From assembly GCA_964632485.1 (NCBI GenBank), contig CAZWDO010000002.1, positions 62,001 through 126,000 of the forward strand: a stretch of DNA of 64,000 nt, given 5' to 3'. Position numbers and translations under genes: made by a program. The notes under the pieces were generated by a model that was given only the letters and a program-made list of their open reading frames with translations, made no database searches and was not told where the DNA came from. Source of the stretch: an uncultured bacterium. Lineage in GTDB: Bacteria > JAGOEH01. Positions within the stretch are counted from its first letter, which is position 1, and every line of letters starts with the position of its first letter. This document shows positions 8,482-18,952 of this stretch, one piece after another.

Positions 8482-9892
8482 TCTTTTTGCGCCCCAGGAT
8501 TTACCGCAGGATATCAATGTTGAAAAGGCGATTTTAGCCAGTTTAATCCAAAATAATGATCTGATTGATTTGGCAATTGCCTATATCAAATCCCCTGAGT
8601 ATTTTTATCTAAAACAACACCAGTTTATTTATCGGTATATACTTGAGTTGGTCGAGCAGAACAAAGCCATTGATATTTATTCATTGCCGGATATTCTGAA
8701 AAAGAACAATTTGCTGACCGAGGCCGGGGGTTACTCCTATTTAATGGAAATTATTGATCAAGTTGTTGTCTATTCCAATTTTGAAACCTATTTGAGGATA
8801 TTATCCGATAAATATATTCTACGGCAGATGATTCATATATCGAATCGTATTTTACTTAAGGCAAAGGAAGGGTTTTCAGGTTCGAAGGAATTGATGCAGG
8901 AGCTGGAAGAGGATATTTTTGAATTAAATCAGTTTCAGTCCCACCGTGGTTTTAAGAGTATTGGCGAGTTAGTCTCCAGTACTGTCCAGATTATTGAAGA
9001 GGTGGCCGTTAATCGGGATTCAGGAGCTCATTTCGGTTTACCTTCGGGATTTCAGGATTTAGATGATCAGATTATTGGGTTTCAGAAATCTGATTTGATT
9101 ATACTTGCTGCCCGGCCTTCCATGGGGAAAACTGCTCTGGCCTTGAATTTTGCTTTGAATACCGTTTCCATCTACCAAACGCCCTGCGCTTTCTTTTCAT
9201 TGGAAATGGATTCAGTCCAATTGGTCCAACGTTTAATCTCATCTCATTCCCAAATTAATTTAAAAAGTATGCGGAGCGGGCATATTTCCAAGGATGATCG
9301 CCATAAAATTGCGCAAACTGCTGAAGTGATGCGAAAATTTTCCCTTTTTATTGATGATTCTCCCGGTCAGACTATTTTGGAAATCCGTTCCAAAGCCAGG
9401 CGAATTGTACGTGAGCATAAAGTTGGCTTGATTCTGATTGATTACTTGCAATTTATCAATTCTTCCGGCCGGTTTGAATCGCGCCATCTCGAAATATCCT
9501 ATTTTTCCCGTTCTCTGAAAGAGATGGCTAAAGAATTACAAGTGCCAGTGATTGCTTTGGCGCAGCTTTCACGGGGAGTGGAACAACGGGCAGGGAATAA
9601 GCGGCCCTTGTTATCTGATCTGAGGGAATCGGGTTCTATTGAGCAGGATGCCGATATCGTGCTCTTTATCCACCGCCCGGAAATGTATAAAATCATGGTT
9701 GATGAAAATAATATGTCCACACAAAATATGGCTGAAATTATCATTGCTAAAAACCGTAATGGCCCAATTGGCGATGTCAAGCTTTCTTTTAATAAAGAAT
9801 ATGGTCGTTTCAGAAATATTAAATATCTTTCAGAGGGAGAAGTTCCTCCCCCAATTGCGATTGATCAACCGATTGTTGCCCCCTTTGTCTAA
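8471..9892 (+). CDS. dnaB: Replicative DNA helicase
   Basis: AARPSMGKT, FSLEM, IDYLQ, LAQLSR, LSDLRESGSIEQDAD and KNRNGP motifs; normal length with no intein. Confidence 0.98.
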   Translation: MATNLFAPQDLPQDINVEKAILASLIQNNDLIDLAIAYIKSPEYFYLKQHQFIYRYILELVEQNKAIDIYSLPDILKKNNLLTEAGGYSYLMEIIDQVVVYSNFETYLRILSDKYILRQMIHISNRILLKAKEGFSGSKELMQELEEDIFELNQFQSHRGFKSIGELVSSTVQIIEEVAVNRDSGAHFGLPSGFQDLDDQIIGFQKSDLIILAARPSMGKTALALNFALNTVSIYQTPCAFFSLEMDSVQLVQRLISSHSQINLKSMRSGHISKDDRHKIAQTAEVMRKFSLFIDDSPGQTILEIRSKARRIVREHKVGLILIDYLQFINSSGRFESRHLEISYFSRSLKEMAKELQVPVIALAQLSRGVEQRAGNKRPLLSDLRESGSIEQDADIVLFIHRPEMYKIMVDENNMSTQNMAEIIIAKNRNGPIGDVKLSFNKEYGRFRNIKYLSEGEVPPPIAIDQPIVAPFV

Positions 9893-11678
9893 GATATTTT
9901 TTCGAATTGTCATCCTTCAATTAGTTCTTTCATTTCCTGCTTTCAGTAAAAATTATATTAAGTCAATTCATTGGTCAGGTCTGGAACAACGTGAAATTAA
10001 AGAACTTGAGGGTCTATTATATAATCAGCCTCCCACGCTGATCCGGAAATTGTTCAAAAAGTATCCGTTATATGTTGAATCTTTCATGCCGATTGATCGA
10101 CGTTTAATTAGCGATTACCTCAGAGATCGCGGATATTATTTTACGCAAGTTACCGATAGCGTGGAAAAAAATGGTAATCTGCTGAACATTTACTATTATA
10201 TTGATAAAGGCGTTTTAATATGGCTTGATTCCCTATCGATAGCCGGTAGTAATTTTTTTGATTCCTATGAATTGAAAAAAGGTATGAGTAGTCAGACTGG
10301 ACGCCCATTATCGATTGGCAAATTAAAAGCAGATAGTTTAAACGTACTAAAAAAATTAAACGATCAGGGATTTTTAGATGCCCGGGTTAGGATTGAATGG
10401 CATGAAACCGACACTCAGAAAGTGGCGCTGGAATTTCAATTAGAAGAAAATCGGCGTTATCGAATCAGCAATATCTCATTACTTGGATTTCAAAAAGTCG
10501 CTCCCTGGTTGTTGAAACGTGAGTTGCGATTCAAGAATGGCGAGTATTTCAATTATAAAAAGGTTGAGCAGAGCCGCGATTATCTTTTTGAATCAGGACT
10601 TTTTTCTTATGTCAGTATATTACCTTATAAAAATGGCGATAGTAGTATGGTCGATTTAGTGGTAAAAATTAATGAAAACAAAACTTATGGCATATCATTG
10701 CATTTAGGATTCGAACAATATGAGCAGCAATCATCCGTGATTAGTCTGGATGGCGAATACCAGATTCGCAACCTTTTTAATAATGGTTGGTTGGTAACAT
10801 TTAGCCCCAATGTGGGGATTAATATAAAAAATCCTCTTATATACCAAACCTATGCGTTTCGTATTGTTTTTGTTGAGCGCTGGTTATTAGGGTTTCGCAT
10901 TCCTTTTACGATATCTCCCTATTTTCAATATAAGAAAACCAATCTTTACCAGTTTAAAGAAACTGGATTGCAACTTGAAATTCGTCATCGTTTAAAACAA
11001 AATAACTGGCTTTTGAATCGTCTGTTAGTCGGCAAAAAAGAGTTTTATGGTGAAATAACGTCGGAAATCAAAGACCAGGTTGGCAACGGTTGGTACAACG
11101 GTGTGCAAACGCTTTTTGAAATTGATACCCGCGATAATATATTTTTGCCTGTCAAGGGATACTATTTCACGTTGCAACAGTTCGTATTTGGCGGTATCCT
11201 CGGAGGTGAAAACAACTACTATAAACTGGTGGGCAGTTGGAACCGGTATTATCGCCAATTGAACTATCGTCTGAAACTGGGATTTGCAACCTCTCTTGAT
11301 AACACTCGCCCTTTTCCGATTGAAGAGGGTTTCTGGGGTGGCGGTTCGAATTCCTGGCGTGGATTCGCTGAGCAAAGCATCGGGTACTATAATCCGGATG
11401 TCGGAAAAGTCATCGGAGGTCAAATACAGCTTCTATTCAATTTAAATATAGATATTTGGCAATGGAGCTTTATCAAACAGATAATATTTATCGATTGCGG
11501 CAATATCTGGCATAATTATAAATCAATTTATTTAAAATCTTTGGCTACCGGAATAGGAAGCGGCATCCACTTTATCACGCCGATTGGGCCGGTTCGGTTT
11601 GAGTTTGGGTATAATATCGACCGGCCATTTGCTTTTTCCGCATTTCGCTTTCATTTTGCCATCATGCCGATGTTTTAA
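9885..11678 (+). CDS. BamA/TamA (Omp85) family outer-membrane protein
   Basis: POTRA-like repeats (DYLRDRGYY, LNDQGFLDA, LFESGLFSYV), DTRDNIFLP..G, GGGSNSWRGF, FITPIGPVRFEFG and a terminal F. Start placed at TTG 9885 before a signal-peptide-like segment, not at 9639. Confidence 0.85.
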   Translation: MSKIFFRIVILQLVLSFPAFSKNYIKSIHWSGLEQREIKELEGLLYNQPPTLIRKLFKKYPLYVESFMPIDRRLISDYLRDRGYYFTQVTDSVEKNGNLLNIYYYIDKGVLIWLDSLSIAGSNFFDSYELKKGMSSQTGRPLSIGKLKADSLNVLKKLNDQGFLDARVRIEWHETDTQKVALEFQLEENRRYRISNISLLGFQKVAPWLLKRELRFKNGEYFNYKKVEQSRDYLFESGLFSYVSILPYKNGDSSMVDLVVKINENKTYGISLHLGFEQYEQQSSVISLDGEYQIRNLFNNGWLVTFSPNVGINIKNPLIYQTYAFRIVFVERWLLGFRIPFTISPYFQYKKTNLYQFKETGLQLEIRHRLKQNNWLLNRLLVGKKEFYGEITSEIKDQVGNGWYNGVQTLFEIDTRDNIFLPVKGYYFTLQQFVFGGILGGENNYYKLVGSWNRYYRQLNYRLKLGFATSLDNTRPFPIEEGFWGGGSNSWRGFAEQSIGYYNPDVGKVIGGQIQLLFNLNIDIWQWSFIKQIIFIDCGNIWHNYKSIYLKSLATGIGSGIHFITPIGPVRFEFGYNIDRPFAFSAFRFHFAIMPMF

Positions 11679-11696
11679 CTATTTCCATGCGGGAAG

Positions 11697-13415
11697 TTAT
11701 ACCGCTTGACACGATTTAAGTGCTTCGATGATCGATTCGATAGCAGTATCGATGGGAAGCAGGGTTATTTGATGATCCTGTCGTCTGACAAGTTCTACCT
11801 GGTTGTTTTTTAGGCAGCGATCGCCCAGATTGATTCGCCAGGGAATACCGATGAGATCGGCATCTTTGAATTTGACCCCGGGAGAAATATCCCGATCATC
11901 AACCAGCGCTTCAAACCCTGATTTTTCAACGGCTTGCTCGATTTGCCGCGCTAATTCGCGGGCCTGTTCATTTTTGCTGTTAAGGGGTAGAATAATTAGA
12001 TGAAAGGGAGCCATTGAAAAGGGCCAGATGATGCCATCTTTATCGCAATTTTGTTCGATGACAGCGGCCAAAGTGCGTGTAACGCCAATCCCGTAGCAAC
12101 CCATCAAGGGCGTGATTGCTTTTCCATTCGGGTCCATAACGGTTACATTCATCGCTTTTGTATATTTATCGCCCAGTTTAAAAATATGTCCCACTTCGAT
12201 ACCGCGATAAATTTGCAAGGGTTTTCCGCATTGAATGCAGTGATGGCTTCCGTTGACGCGATATAGGTTACCATAGGCCACTCCGGTCGGGAAATCCCGT
12301 TCAGGCGCGATATGAATGAAATGAGTATCTGTTTTGTTGGCGCCGGTGATAGCATCGGTCAGCGATTTAACGGAATCGTCGGCATAGATTTTTACGGCTT
12401 GTTTCAGGCCTAGGGCTCCGGCAAATCCGACATTGGCGCCGGTCACATCCTCGACCACCGCGGCGGGAGCGAGTTCCAGATTGGTAGCTCCGCAGAGATT
12501 TTTCAGTTTGACCTCATTGATTTCCAAATCGCCGCGGATCATGACCAGTATCGGTTCTTCGTCTGCCAGATAAATAATCGATTTAATAAAATTTGAGGGT
12601 TCGGTTTTGAAAAATCCCGTTAAATCTTCAATGGTTTTAAAATTCGGGGTATGTACCTCTTCGATTGGTAAATCGGCAGTCGATTGTTCGATGGGGGAAA
12701 TTCGGGCGTCGGCGGTTTCCACGTTGGCGACATAGCCACACGGGCAACTGATAATTTCTTCCTCGCCAACCTGGCTTTCCACCATGAATTCCTCGCTGAC
12801 ATCCCCACCGATATCGCCTGAATCGGCTTTAACTGAGACCGTTTTCAGACAACAACGATTGAAAATAGTGTAGTATGCCTGTTGCATCTTATGATACACA
12901 ACATCCAGTCCGGCTTCGTCGAGATCAAAGCTGTAAGCGTCTTTCATCAAAAATTCTTTTGAGCGCATCACACCGAAGCGGGGTCGGATTTCATCGCGGA
13001 ATTTTGTTCCAATTTGATAGAGGTTTATGGGAAGTTCCCGATAGGATTGAATTTCATTTCGAAAAATATCCGTAAAATTTTCTTCATTGGTGGGGCTGAG
13101 AATCATTTGATGTTTATGGCGATCCATTAAGCGCATCAGTTCGGCTTTATCCGGATTCCAGCGTCCGCTTTCCTGCCAGAGTTCGACCGGTACTAATAAA
13201 GGGATGCTGCATTCGAGCGCGCCGGCATTGTTCATTTCTTCGCGCACTATAGCGGCTACTTTCAACAATGCGCGGTATCCCAAAGGCAGGTATGTATAAA
13301 GTCCTGAAGAAACCTTGCGAATCAAACCCGCCCGTAACATCAGTTGATGCGATGTAATGACGGCTTCCGCTGGAATTTCTTTGAGGGTGGGTATAAAATA
13401 TTGGCTCAACAACAT
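11697..13415 (-). CDS. proS: Proline--tRNA ligase (bacterial type with editing domain)
   Basis: SHQLMLRAG, KFRDEIRPRFGVMRSKEFLMKDAYSF, GIEVGHIFKLG and MGCYGIGV motifs. Confidence 0.98.
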   Translation of the reverse strand: MLLSQYFIPTLKEIPAEAVITSHQLMLRAGLIRKVSSGLYTYLPLGYRALLKVAAIVREEMNNAGALECSIPLLVPVELWQESGRWNPDKAELMRLMDRHKHQMILSPTNEENFTDIFRNEIQSYRELPINLYQIGTKFRDEIRPRFGVMRSKEFLMKDAYSFDLDEAGLDVVYHKMQQAYYTIFNRCCLKTVSVKADSGDIGGDVSEEFMVESQVGEEEIISCPCGYVANVETADARISPIEQSTADLPIEEVHTPNFKTIEDLTGFFKTEPSNFIKSIIYLADEEPILVMIRGDLEINEVKLKNLCGATNLELAPAAVVEDVTGANVGFAGALGLKQAVKIYADDSVKSLTDAITGANKTDTHFIHIAPERDFPTGVAYGNLYRVNGSHHCIQCGKPLQIYRGIEVGHIFKLGDKYTKAMNVTVMDPNGKAITPLMGCYGIGVTRTLAAVIEQNCDKDGIIWPFSMAPFHLIILPLNSKNEQARELARQIEQAVEKSGFEALVDDRDISPGVKFKDADLIGIPWRINLGDRCLKNNQVELVRRQDHQITLLPIDTAIESIIEALKSCQAV

Positions 13416-13439
13416 GGAGAATGCTCCTTTATTAACCGT

Positions 13440-14495
13440 TTAATTATTGCGAATCCGCTGCCATATCTGATCGATTTGCAGGACGCCTTCACCAATATTG
13501 TTGATAAGGTGGCATTTGTTGAGATATACGCTGTCAGGATAAATAAACTTGTTGTTTTTAATATCATCGGGTAATAATTGGATGGCTTGAATATTGGGAG
13601 TAGCATATTGGACATAGAGAGCATTTTCTTTAGAGTTTTCGGGTTCGAGCATAAAGTTGATAAATTTATAGGCTAATTCTTTGTTTTCCGATTGTTCGGG
13701 AATGACCATGAAATCGATCCAGAGAGTGGAACCTTCCTTCGGCAGGGTAAAACCAATTTGAGGATTCTCCTGGATGATCTGCAATGCATCGCCATTGTAA
13801 GAATGAGCAATCCATACCGTGCCATCCTGGATTTCATTTTTATAAGAATCTGAATCATAATGGGATATATTGGTATCCCAGCGTAACAGTGCCGTTTCTG
13901 CCTGTAAAAGAGCCTGGGAATCAAGGGTATTGGGAGTAAACCCGGAATAAATCAAGGCAGCTCCCACGACTTCACGCGCATCGTCTAACATGGAAATCAC
14001 GTTTTTCCCATTAAACAGCGTATCACCGATAATATCCCAGGAAACATCAGCCATCTGCTCTTCACTCAGATATTTTTTATTATAGACAAACCCGCTGGTA
14101 CCCCAAAAATAGGGAATCCCGTATTCATTAGTAGGATCATATTGACGGGCTTTTTGCATAATAACAGGATCAAGGTTCTGCAAATTGGGGATTTTGGATT
14201 TATCAATTTGATTAAGCAGCCCCTTGGCTTTCATAATTTCAAGATGGTCTCCGCTGGGAACAATGATGTCGTACATTGCCTGGGAAGTCGTTACCTTGGT
14301 TAGCATATTCTCATTGGAATTATACATATCATAAATAATTTCGCAGTTGTTTTCCTGTTTGAATTTTTCTATAAGTTCAGGAGCAATATAATCGGTCCAG
14401 TTAAAAATGTAGAGTTTAGGTTTTGATTTTGACTGACAACTTAAAGATAAGAATAGAAATCCGATTAGAAGTGTCAATACACTTAGTTTTTTCAT
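13440..14495 (-). CDS. potD: Spermidine/putrescine ABC transporter substrate-binding lipoprotein
   Basis: Lipobox LSLSC; FNWTDYI, YDIIVPS, PYFWGT and PKEGSTLWID motifs. Confidence 0.9.
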   Translation of the reverse strand: MKKLSVLTLLIGFLFLSLSCQSKSKPKLYIFNWTDYIAPELIEKFKQENNCEIIYDMYNSNENMLTKVTTSQAMYDIIVPSGDHLEIMKAKGLLNQIDKSKIPNLQNLDPVIMQKARQYDPTNEYGIPYFWGTSGFVYNKKYLSEEQMADVSWDIIGDTLFNGKNVISMLDDAREVVGAALIYSGFTPNTLDSQALLQAETALLRWDTNISHYDSDSYKNEIQDGTVWIAHSYNGDALQIIQENPQIGFTLPKEGSTLWIDFMVIPEQSENKELAYKFINFMLEPENSKENALYVQYATPNIQAIQLLPDDIKNNKFIYPDSVYLNKCHLINNIGEGVLQIDQIWQRIRNN

Positions 14496-14531
14496 GGTTT
14501 TTCTCCTTGATTGAGATTAATGGTTTGAAAC

Positions 14532-15329
14532 TTATTCCGTATGGGTCAGCAATAGGCGGCGGAACTTAGAGGAAATCGCCACCAGAAACAGAGTAAATCC
14601 GATCATCAACGTCGAAAGCGCGTTGATAGTAGTGGTGGTTCCACGTCGTATAGCGCCTTCGATATAGATGGGCAGGGTATTAAATCCCCGTCCGGTCGTA
14701 AAGAATGTAATGATAAAATCGTCGATGGAGAGGGTGAAGGAAAGCAAAGCGGCGGCAATAATCCCCGGCATCAGCAAAGGAAGTTTTATCTTGAAAAAAA
14801 TTTGCCAGGGACTGGCTCCCAGGTCCATGGCCGCTTCTTCCAGGCTATAGTCAAAGTTTTCCAGCCGCGATTGGATAACGATTACGGTGTAGGAGAGACA
14901 AAAAGTTACATGCGCGATCATCACGGTTGTAAACCCGGTTTGCAGTTTTAAAAAACTGAAGAGTAGCGCCAGAGAAACACCCATCAGGATATCCGGCATG
15001 ACCAAAGGGATAAAAATCATGCCCGATAACATTTTGCGCCCGGAATATTTTTTGTTCTCCAATGACAGCGCCGTGATGATTCCTAATATTGTCGCGATAA
15101 CCGTGGCGACAATGCCTACCAGAATTGTATTTCTCAGAGCCAGGATAATTTCTTCGGATTGAAATAGCAAATAGTAGTACTTCAAAGTAAAACCGTGCCA
15201 TCCTGATACAATTCGGGAATTGTTGAAACTGAAGATAATCAAAATCAGAATGGGAATATAAAGGAAAACCATGACAATGGAAAAAATAGTCAGGGAGAAA
15301 AAATTAGGGACTACATTTCTAGTTTTCAT
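14532..15329 (-). CDS. potC: Polyamine ABC transporter permease
   Basis: FLYIPI, EEAAMDLGA (EAA loop) and SFTLSIDDF motifs. Confidence 0.92.
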   Translation of the reverse strand: MKTRNVVPNFFSLTIFSIVMVFLYIPILILIIFSFNNSRIVSGWHGFTLKYYYLLFQSEEIILALRNTILVGIVATVIATILGIITALSLENKKYSGRKMLSGMIFIPLVMPDILMGVSLALLFSFLKLQTGFTTVMIAHVTFCLSYTVIVIQSRLENFDYSLEEAAMDLGASPWQIFFKIKLPLLMPGIIAAALLSFTLSIDDFIITFFTTGRGFNTLPIYIEGAIRRGTTTTINALSTLMIGFTLFLVAISSKFRRLLLTHTE

Positions 15330-16210
15330 GGCATCTCTGTTTTTCTTTTTTGATCATAATAGTAGTAGATTAGAAGCATGACGGCAATAATAATTAAGAG
15401 CATCAGCGAAAGAGCGGAAGCCAGAGGCCAGTTACGCGGGATGTTTTTTATTTTGTAAGTGATAATCTGGCCAATATAGAGGGAGTTTTGATTCCCTACG
15501 ATTTGGGGAACGATATAGGCCCCCAGCGAAGGAATGAATACCAGTATCGCGCCGGCTATGATGCCGGGCCGAGAAAGGGGGAGCGTAATTTTGTAAAAAG
15601 CTTCCCAACTGTTGGCGCCCAGATCTTTGGCCGCTTCCAGCAAATTGAAATCGATTTTTTCAAGCACGGCATAAAGCGGCAGAATCATGTAGGGCAGATA
15701 GACATAAACCATTACTAAAATAACGGCCAGCTCAGTCCTTAAGAGACGGAGCGGTTCGGCAATCAAACCGGTTTGCTGCAGAACGATATTTAAAATCCCC
15801 TCGGGCGCCAAAAAAATCCTCCAGGAAAAGATGCGAATGATAAAATTGGTCCAAAAAGGAATAATAATCAGCACTAATAGAGTATTTTTTAATTTTTCAG
15901 AACTTCGGGCAATTAAATATGCGACAGGGTAGCCGGCCAGCAGACTAATCAGGGTTGTCACTAACGCCAGCCGCATTGAAATCATAAATGATCGAAAATA
16001 ATTCCAATTGAATATGCCCCGATAGGATTCGAGGCTGAAGCTGAAAATCACGTCATAGACCGATGGGCGTAAAATGCTGTAGAATAGAATAATTGCATAG
16101 GGGATAAAAAAGAAGATCAACAGCCAGATTAAACCGGGAAGGCTTAGTATCCAGCTAATATTATCTTTTTTATGCTGGATTTTTTTTTCTAAACTTATAG
16201 GTTGGTTCAT
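15326..16210 (-). CDS. potB: Polyamine ABC transporter permease
   Basis: IIPFWTNFIIR, YVYLPYMILPLY and EAAKDLGA motifs. Start placed at ATG 16210 (MNQPIS) because the longer ORF overlaps potA by about 245 nt. Confidence 0.9.
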   Translation of the reverse strand: MNQPISLEKKIQHKKDNISWILSLPGLIWLLIFFFIPYAIILFYSILRPSVYDVIFSFSLESYRGIFNWNYFRSFMISMRLALVTTLISLLAGYPVAYLIARSSEKLKNTLLVLIIIPFWTNFIIRIFSWRIFLAPEGILNIVLQQTGLIAEPLRLLRTELAVILVMVYVYLPYMILPLYAVLEKIDFNLLEAAKDLGANSWEAFYKITLPLSRPGIIAGAILVFIPSLGAYIVPQIVGNQNSLYIGQIITYKIKNIPRNWPLASALSLMLLIIIAVMLLIYYYYDQKRKTEMP

Positions 16211-17330
16211 GGTAAACTGTTTGTCCAGGAATTTCATTGATGACATACGAGTCCGTATCATGCCAGAATAAATAAACGTGCTCTTCCCAATCAAGCGCTT
16301 TATCGTCGAAATAGACCCGTTTGTGCTGGGCGAAGACTCTGAATTCAATCGAGCCGACCTTGACGATATATTGGGTATGAGTGCCGAGATAGAGGATATC
16401 CTCGATATAGCCATCGATAATGTTAAAATCGGATTGGGAACGGGGTTTTGTCCGGGAAATCGCCATTTTTTCCGGCCGCAATGAAATGGTAATTTGCTGT
16501 CCGGCTACCAGTGGAATATGAGAGGCCGTATCGATTTCAAACTCCTGGTCATCCAACACGCAGCGCATCGTTACATAGTCGTCTTCGACGGAAACAACTT
16601 CCCCGCTGAGCAGATTGGTGTCTCCAATAAAATAAGCGGAAAAAACTGTTGTTGGCCGCTCGTAGATATCGTCCGGTGTTCCGACCTGGATGATTTTCGC
16701 GCTGTTCATAATAGCGATGCGATCGGAAATACTCATGGCTTCGCCTTGGTCGTGAGTGACGTAGATAAAGGTAATTCCTACCTCATCATGAATATTCATC
16801 AGCTCGATTAACATGCGTTGGCGGAGTTTGAGGTCCAATGCGGCTAAGGGTTCATCCAGCAGAAGCACCTGGGGTTTGTTGATCAGCGCCCGCGCTATAG
16901 CAACCCGTTGTTTTTGCCCTCCGCTGATTTGGTGGGGGTATTTCCGGGCATGTTCGTTCATTTGCACCAGGTCCAGCATCTGCATCACTTCTCGTTGGAT
17001 ATCTTTTTGGGGCGTTTTTTTTATTTTCAACCCAAAAGCCACATTGTCGAAAACCGTCATGTGGGGAAATAATGAATAGTTTTGAAAAATTGTGTTGACC
17101 TGTCGCTTATTGGGGGCGATGTTTGTAATATCGTGATCGTCAACGTAAATATGCCCCTGGGTGGGTGTTTCAAAACCTGCTATCATACGAAGAATTGTGG
17201 TTTTTCCGCAACCGCTGGGTCCCAGGAATGAAAATAATTCACCCTCTTTGATTTCTAAATTAACCTGGTTGACAGCCATGAATTCATCAAAGATTTTCGT
17301 TAAACCCTCAAGACGGATGGTTCCCATCAC
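16170..17330 (-). CDS. potA: Polyamine ABC transporter ATP-binding protein
   Basis: GPSGCGKT, ISGGQKQR, LLLDEPL and VTHDQ motifs with a C-terminal TOBE-like region. Confidence 0.95.
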   Translation of the reverse strand: MMGTIRLEGLTKIFDEFMAVNQVNLEIKEGELFSFLGPSGCGKTTILRMIAGFETPTQGHIYVDDHDITNIAPNKRQVNTIFQNYSLFPHMTVFDNVAFGLKIKKTPQKDIQREVMQMLDLVQMNEHARKYPHQISGGQKQRVAIARALINKPQVLLLDEPLAALDLKLRQRMLIELMNIHDEVGITFIYVTHDQGEAMSISDRIAIMNSAKIIQVGTPDDIYERPTTVFSAYFIGDTNLLSGEVVSVEDDYVTMRCVLDDQEFEIDTASHIPLVAGQQITISLRPEKMAISRTKPRSQSDFNIIDGYIEDILYLGTHTQYIVKVGSIEFRVFAQHKRVYFDDKALDWEEHVYLFWHDTDSYVINEIPGQTVYHEPTYKFRKKNPA

Positions 17331-17400
17331 ATTCCTTTCTTAGAATTATACGTTGGCTACTAAATTAATCGTTTTTAAGAAAAAATACAACAGCTATTTT

Positions 17401-18725
17401 TCAATTTTCATTCTTTTTTTCAACTTTTAACCCTTTCTGATAATATTTCGAGCCATTTTTCGTATCCCCCTGAATATAGTAAATCATCGCTTTATTGAAA
17501 TAGTAATCGGCAATCCGTGGATTAAGCTTCAGAGCGCGGTTGATCGATTCCAGGGCATCTTTATACTCATTCCTACGATATTGGACAATCGTGAGATTAT
17601 TGTAAAAATCGGAATTGGAATCATCCATTTCAATCGCTTTTAAATAATTTTGTCGCGCCGCATTCAGGCTGTCCAGGTTTAAATATGTATTGCCCAGATT
17701 ATTATAATAATAGGGATGCAGTGGGTCTAACCGAATCGCTTCCTGGTAGCAGGCTAAGGCTTCTGTAAAGTATCCGAGAGCAGTCAGGCTGATTCCGTAA
17801 TTATTATGGATTCCCGGATAAACGCTAAAGAGCTCAATACCTTTTTGATAGTATTCAATTGATTTGAAAAAGTTTTCCTCTTCATAGAAAAAACGCCCGA
17901 TATTTTCATATTGACAAGCAATCAGTTGAGAACTGTCCAGTTCGATCATATAGATTTTATTTTCCACCAATGCAGGCGCCAATTTCATTTTATAATAAAA
18001 TTTGAATGAATAATATTATTGTAAATTATTTTAAAGTTACATTATCATACGGTGCTATTAGAGGTATTTTTTATAATCATAATAGAAATGATATTTGTGC
18101 AAATGATAAAATTTTTATGATATTAGCCACATCTTTAATAAACCCTGTATATTTTTATAGCAGTTTAATGCATGATACTAAAAATATTGATTTATTTTTA
18201 CAAGGTAAAAATATTGATAAAAAAGATTGGNNNNNNNNNNGGCGCCAATTTCATTTTATAATAAAAATCTGCTTTTTCTTCACCCAGCAGCGCTTCCCAA
18301 TTCATCTTTTCAGGCCATCGTAAAAACAGATGGTCGCGGGTTTGGACGGCAACTACGGGAAATCCTGCCATCTGAGCGATGCTCAGATAGAGAACGGCAA
18401 AATTGTCACAATCAAATGTTTTGGCTTTCAGGGCGGAACTAAGGAGCAGATTCGATTGATAGTGGATACCTTCCCCGATGAGCGCTTGATGGACTGTATA
18501 AAAAAAATACCAGGGATCGGGTTTAGCTAATATCCCTTTTTCCTGCAGAGAAAGCCAGGCATCATTCAGTAATTTGTTTAATATACTATCCGGTAAAGAA
18601 TCCTGATAGCAACCCGCTTCCCGTTCCAATTCCAGAAAACGGTGGGCCATAGTGGGCGTATTATCGCCTGAACTGTTAATTAACATACTAAGAATAATTA
18701 AAATCATTCGAACACTTTTTTTCAT
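17401..18725 (-). CDS. Transglutaminase-like (SirB1/Transglut_core2-type) plus TPR protein, interrupted in this assembly
   Basis: The 5' part has a signal-like N-terminus and DCDNFAVLY..DHLFLRW. The 3' part (17401-17988) has TPRs. Both parts contain MKLA inside a shared 26-bp repeat, and joining them there gives an in-frame 352-aa protein. Confidence 0.75.
17975..18266. repeat. 26-bp direct repeat flanking an AT-rich insert and an N-gap
   Basis: GGCGCCAATTTCATTTTATAATAAAA occurs at 17975-18000 and 18241-18266; N10 at 18231-18240. Confidence 0.95.
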
Positions 18726-18731
18726 ATCCTT

Positions 18732-18760
18732 ATTTTAATATGAAATTTGGGATTTGTCAA
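18732..18760 (-). promoter_or_regulatory. Sigma70-type promoter, apparently leaderless
   Basis: TTGACA (18760-18755), 17 nt, TAAAAT (18737-18732), 6 nt, ATG 18725. Confidence 0.65.
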
Positions 18761-18868
18761 GATTAATTTTTTTATTGCTCAACTTTTGGATTGTATTCAT
18801 GAAAAAGATGATTGGATCCAGTAGAATTGTATATGAAATGAAAAATTTAAAATCATGAAGAGTATTTC

Positions 18869-18922
18869 TTAATCAATTTTTAACAATTCATTAATTTTAA
18901 GTTCATAATTGAATTCTATATT
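18869..18922 (+). promoter_or_regulatory. Pho-box-like 11-bp-period repeat array plus -10 element
   Basis: TTAATC 18869, TTAACA 18880, TTAATT 18891, TTCATA 18902; 9 nt; TATATT 18917-18922. Confidence 0.7.
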
Positions 18923-18952
18923 GAGCATAACTATTAAAAGAAGGGAATTAAA

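Noticed and set aside
9639-9884. N-terminal extension of the Omp85 ORF
   Set aside because: It overlaps the conserved dnaB C-terminus, and a signal-like segment begins at TTG 9885.
8471-9892. Intein in dnaB
   Set aside because: The protein is 473 aa with contiguous helicase motifs and no insertion.
16211-16414. N-terminal extension of potB
   Set aside because: It lies inside potA in another frame and is not permease-like.
18006-18442. ORFs read through the N-gap (18006..18323, 18227..18442, and the tail of 18198..18725)
   Set aside because: Frame continuity across N10 is an artefact of the placeholder length.
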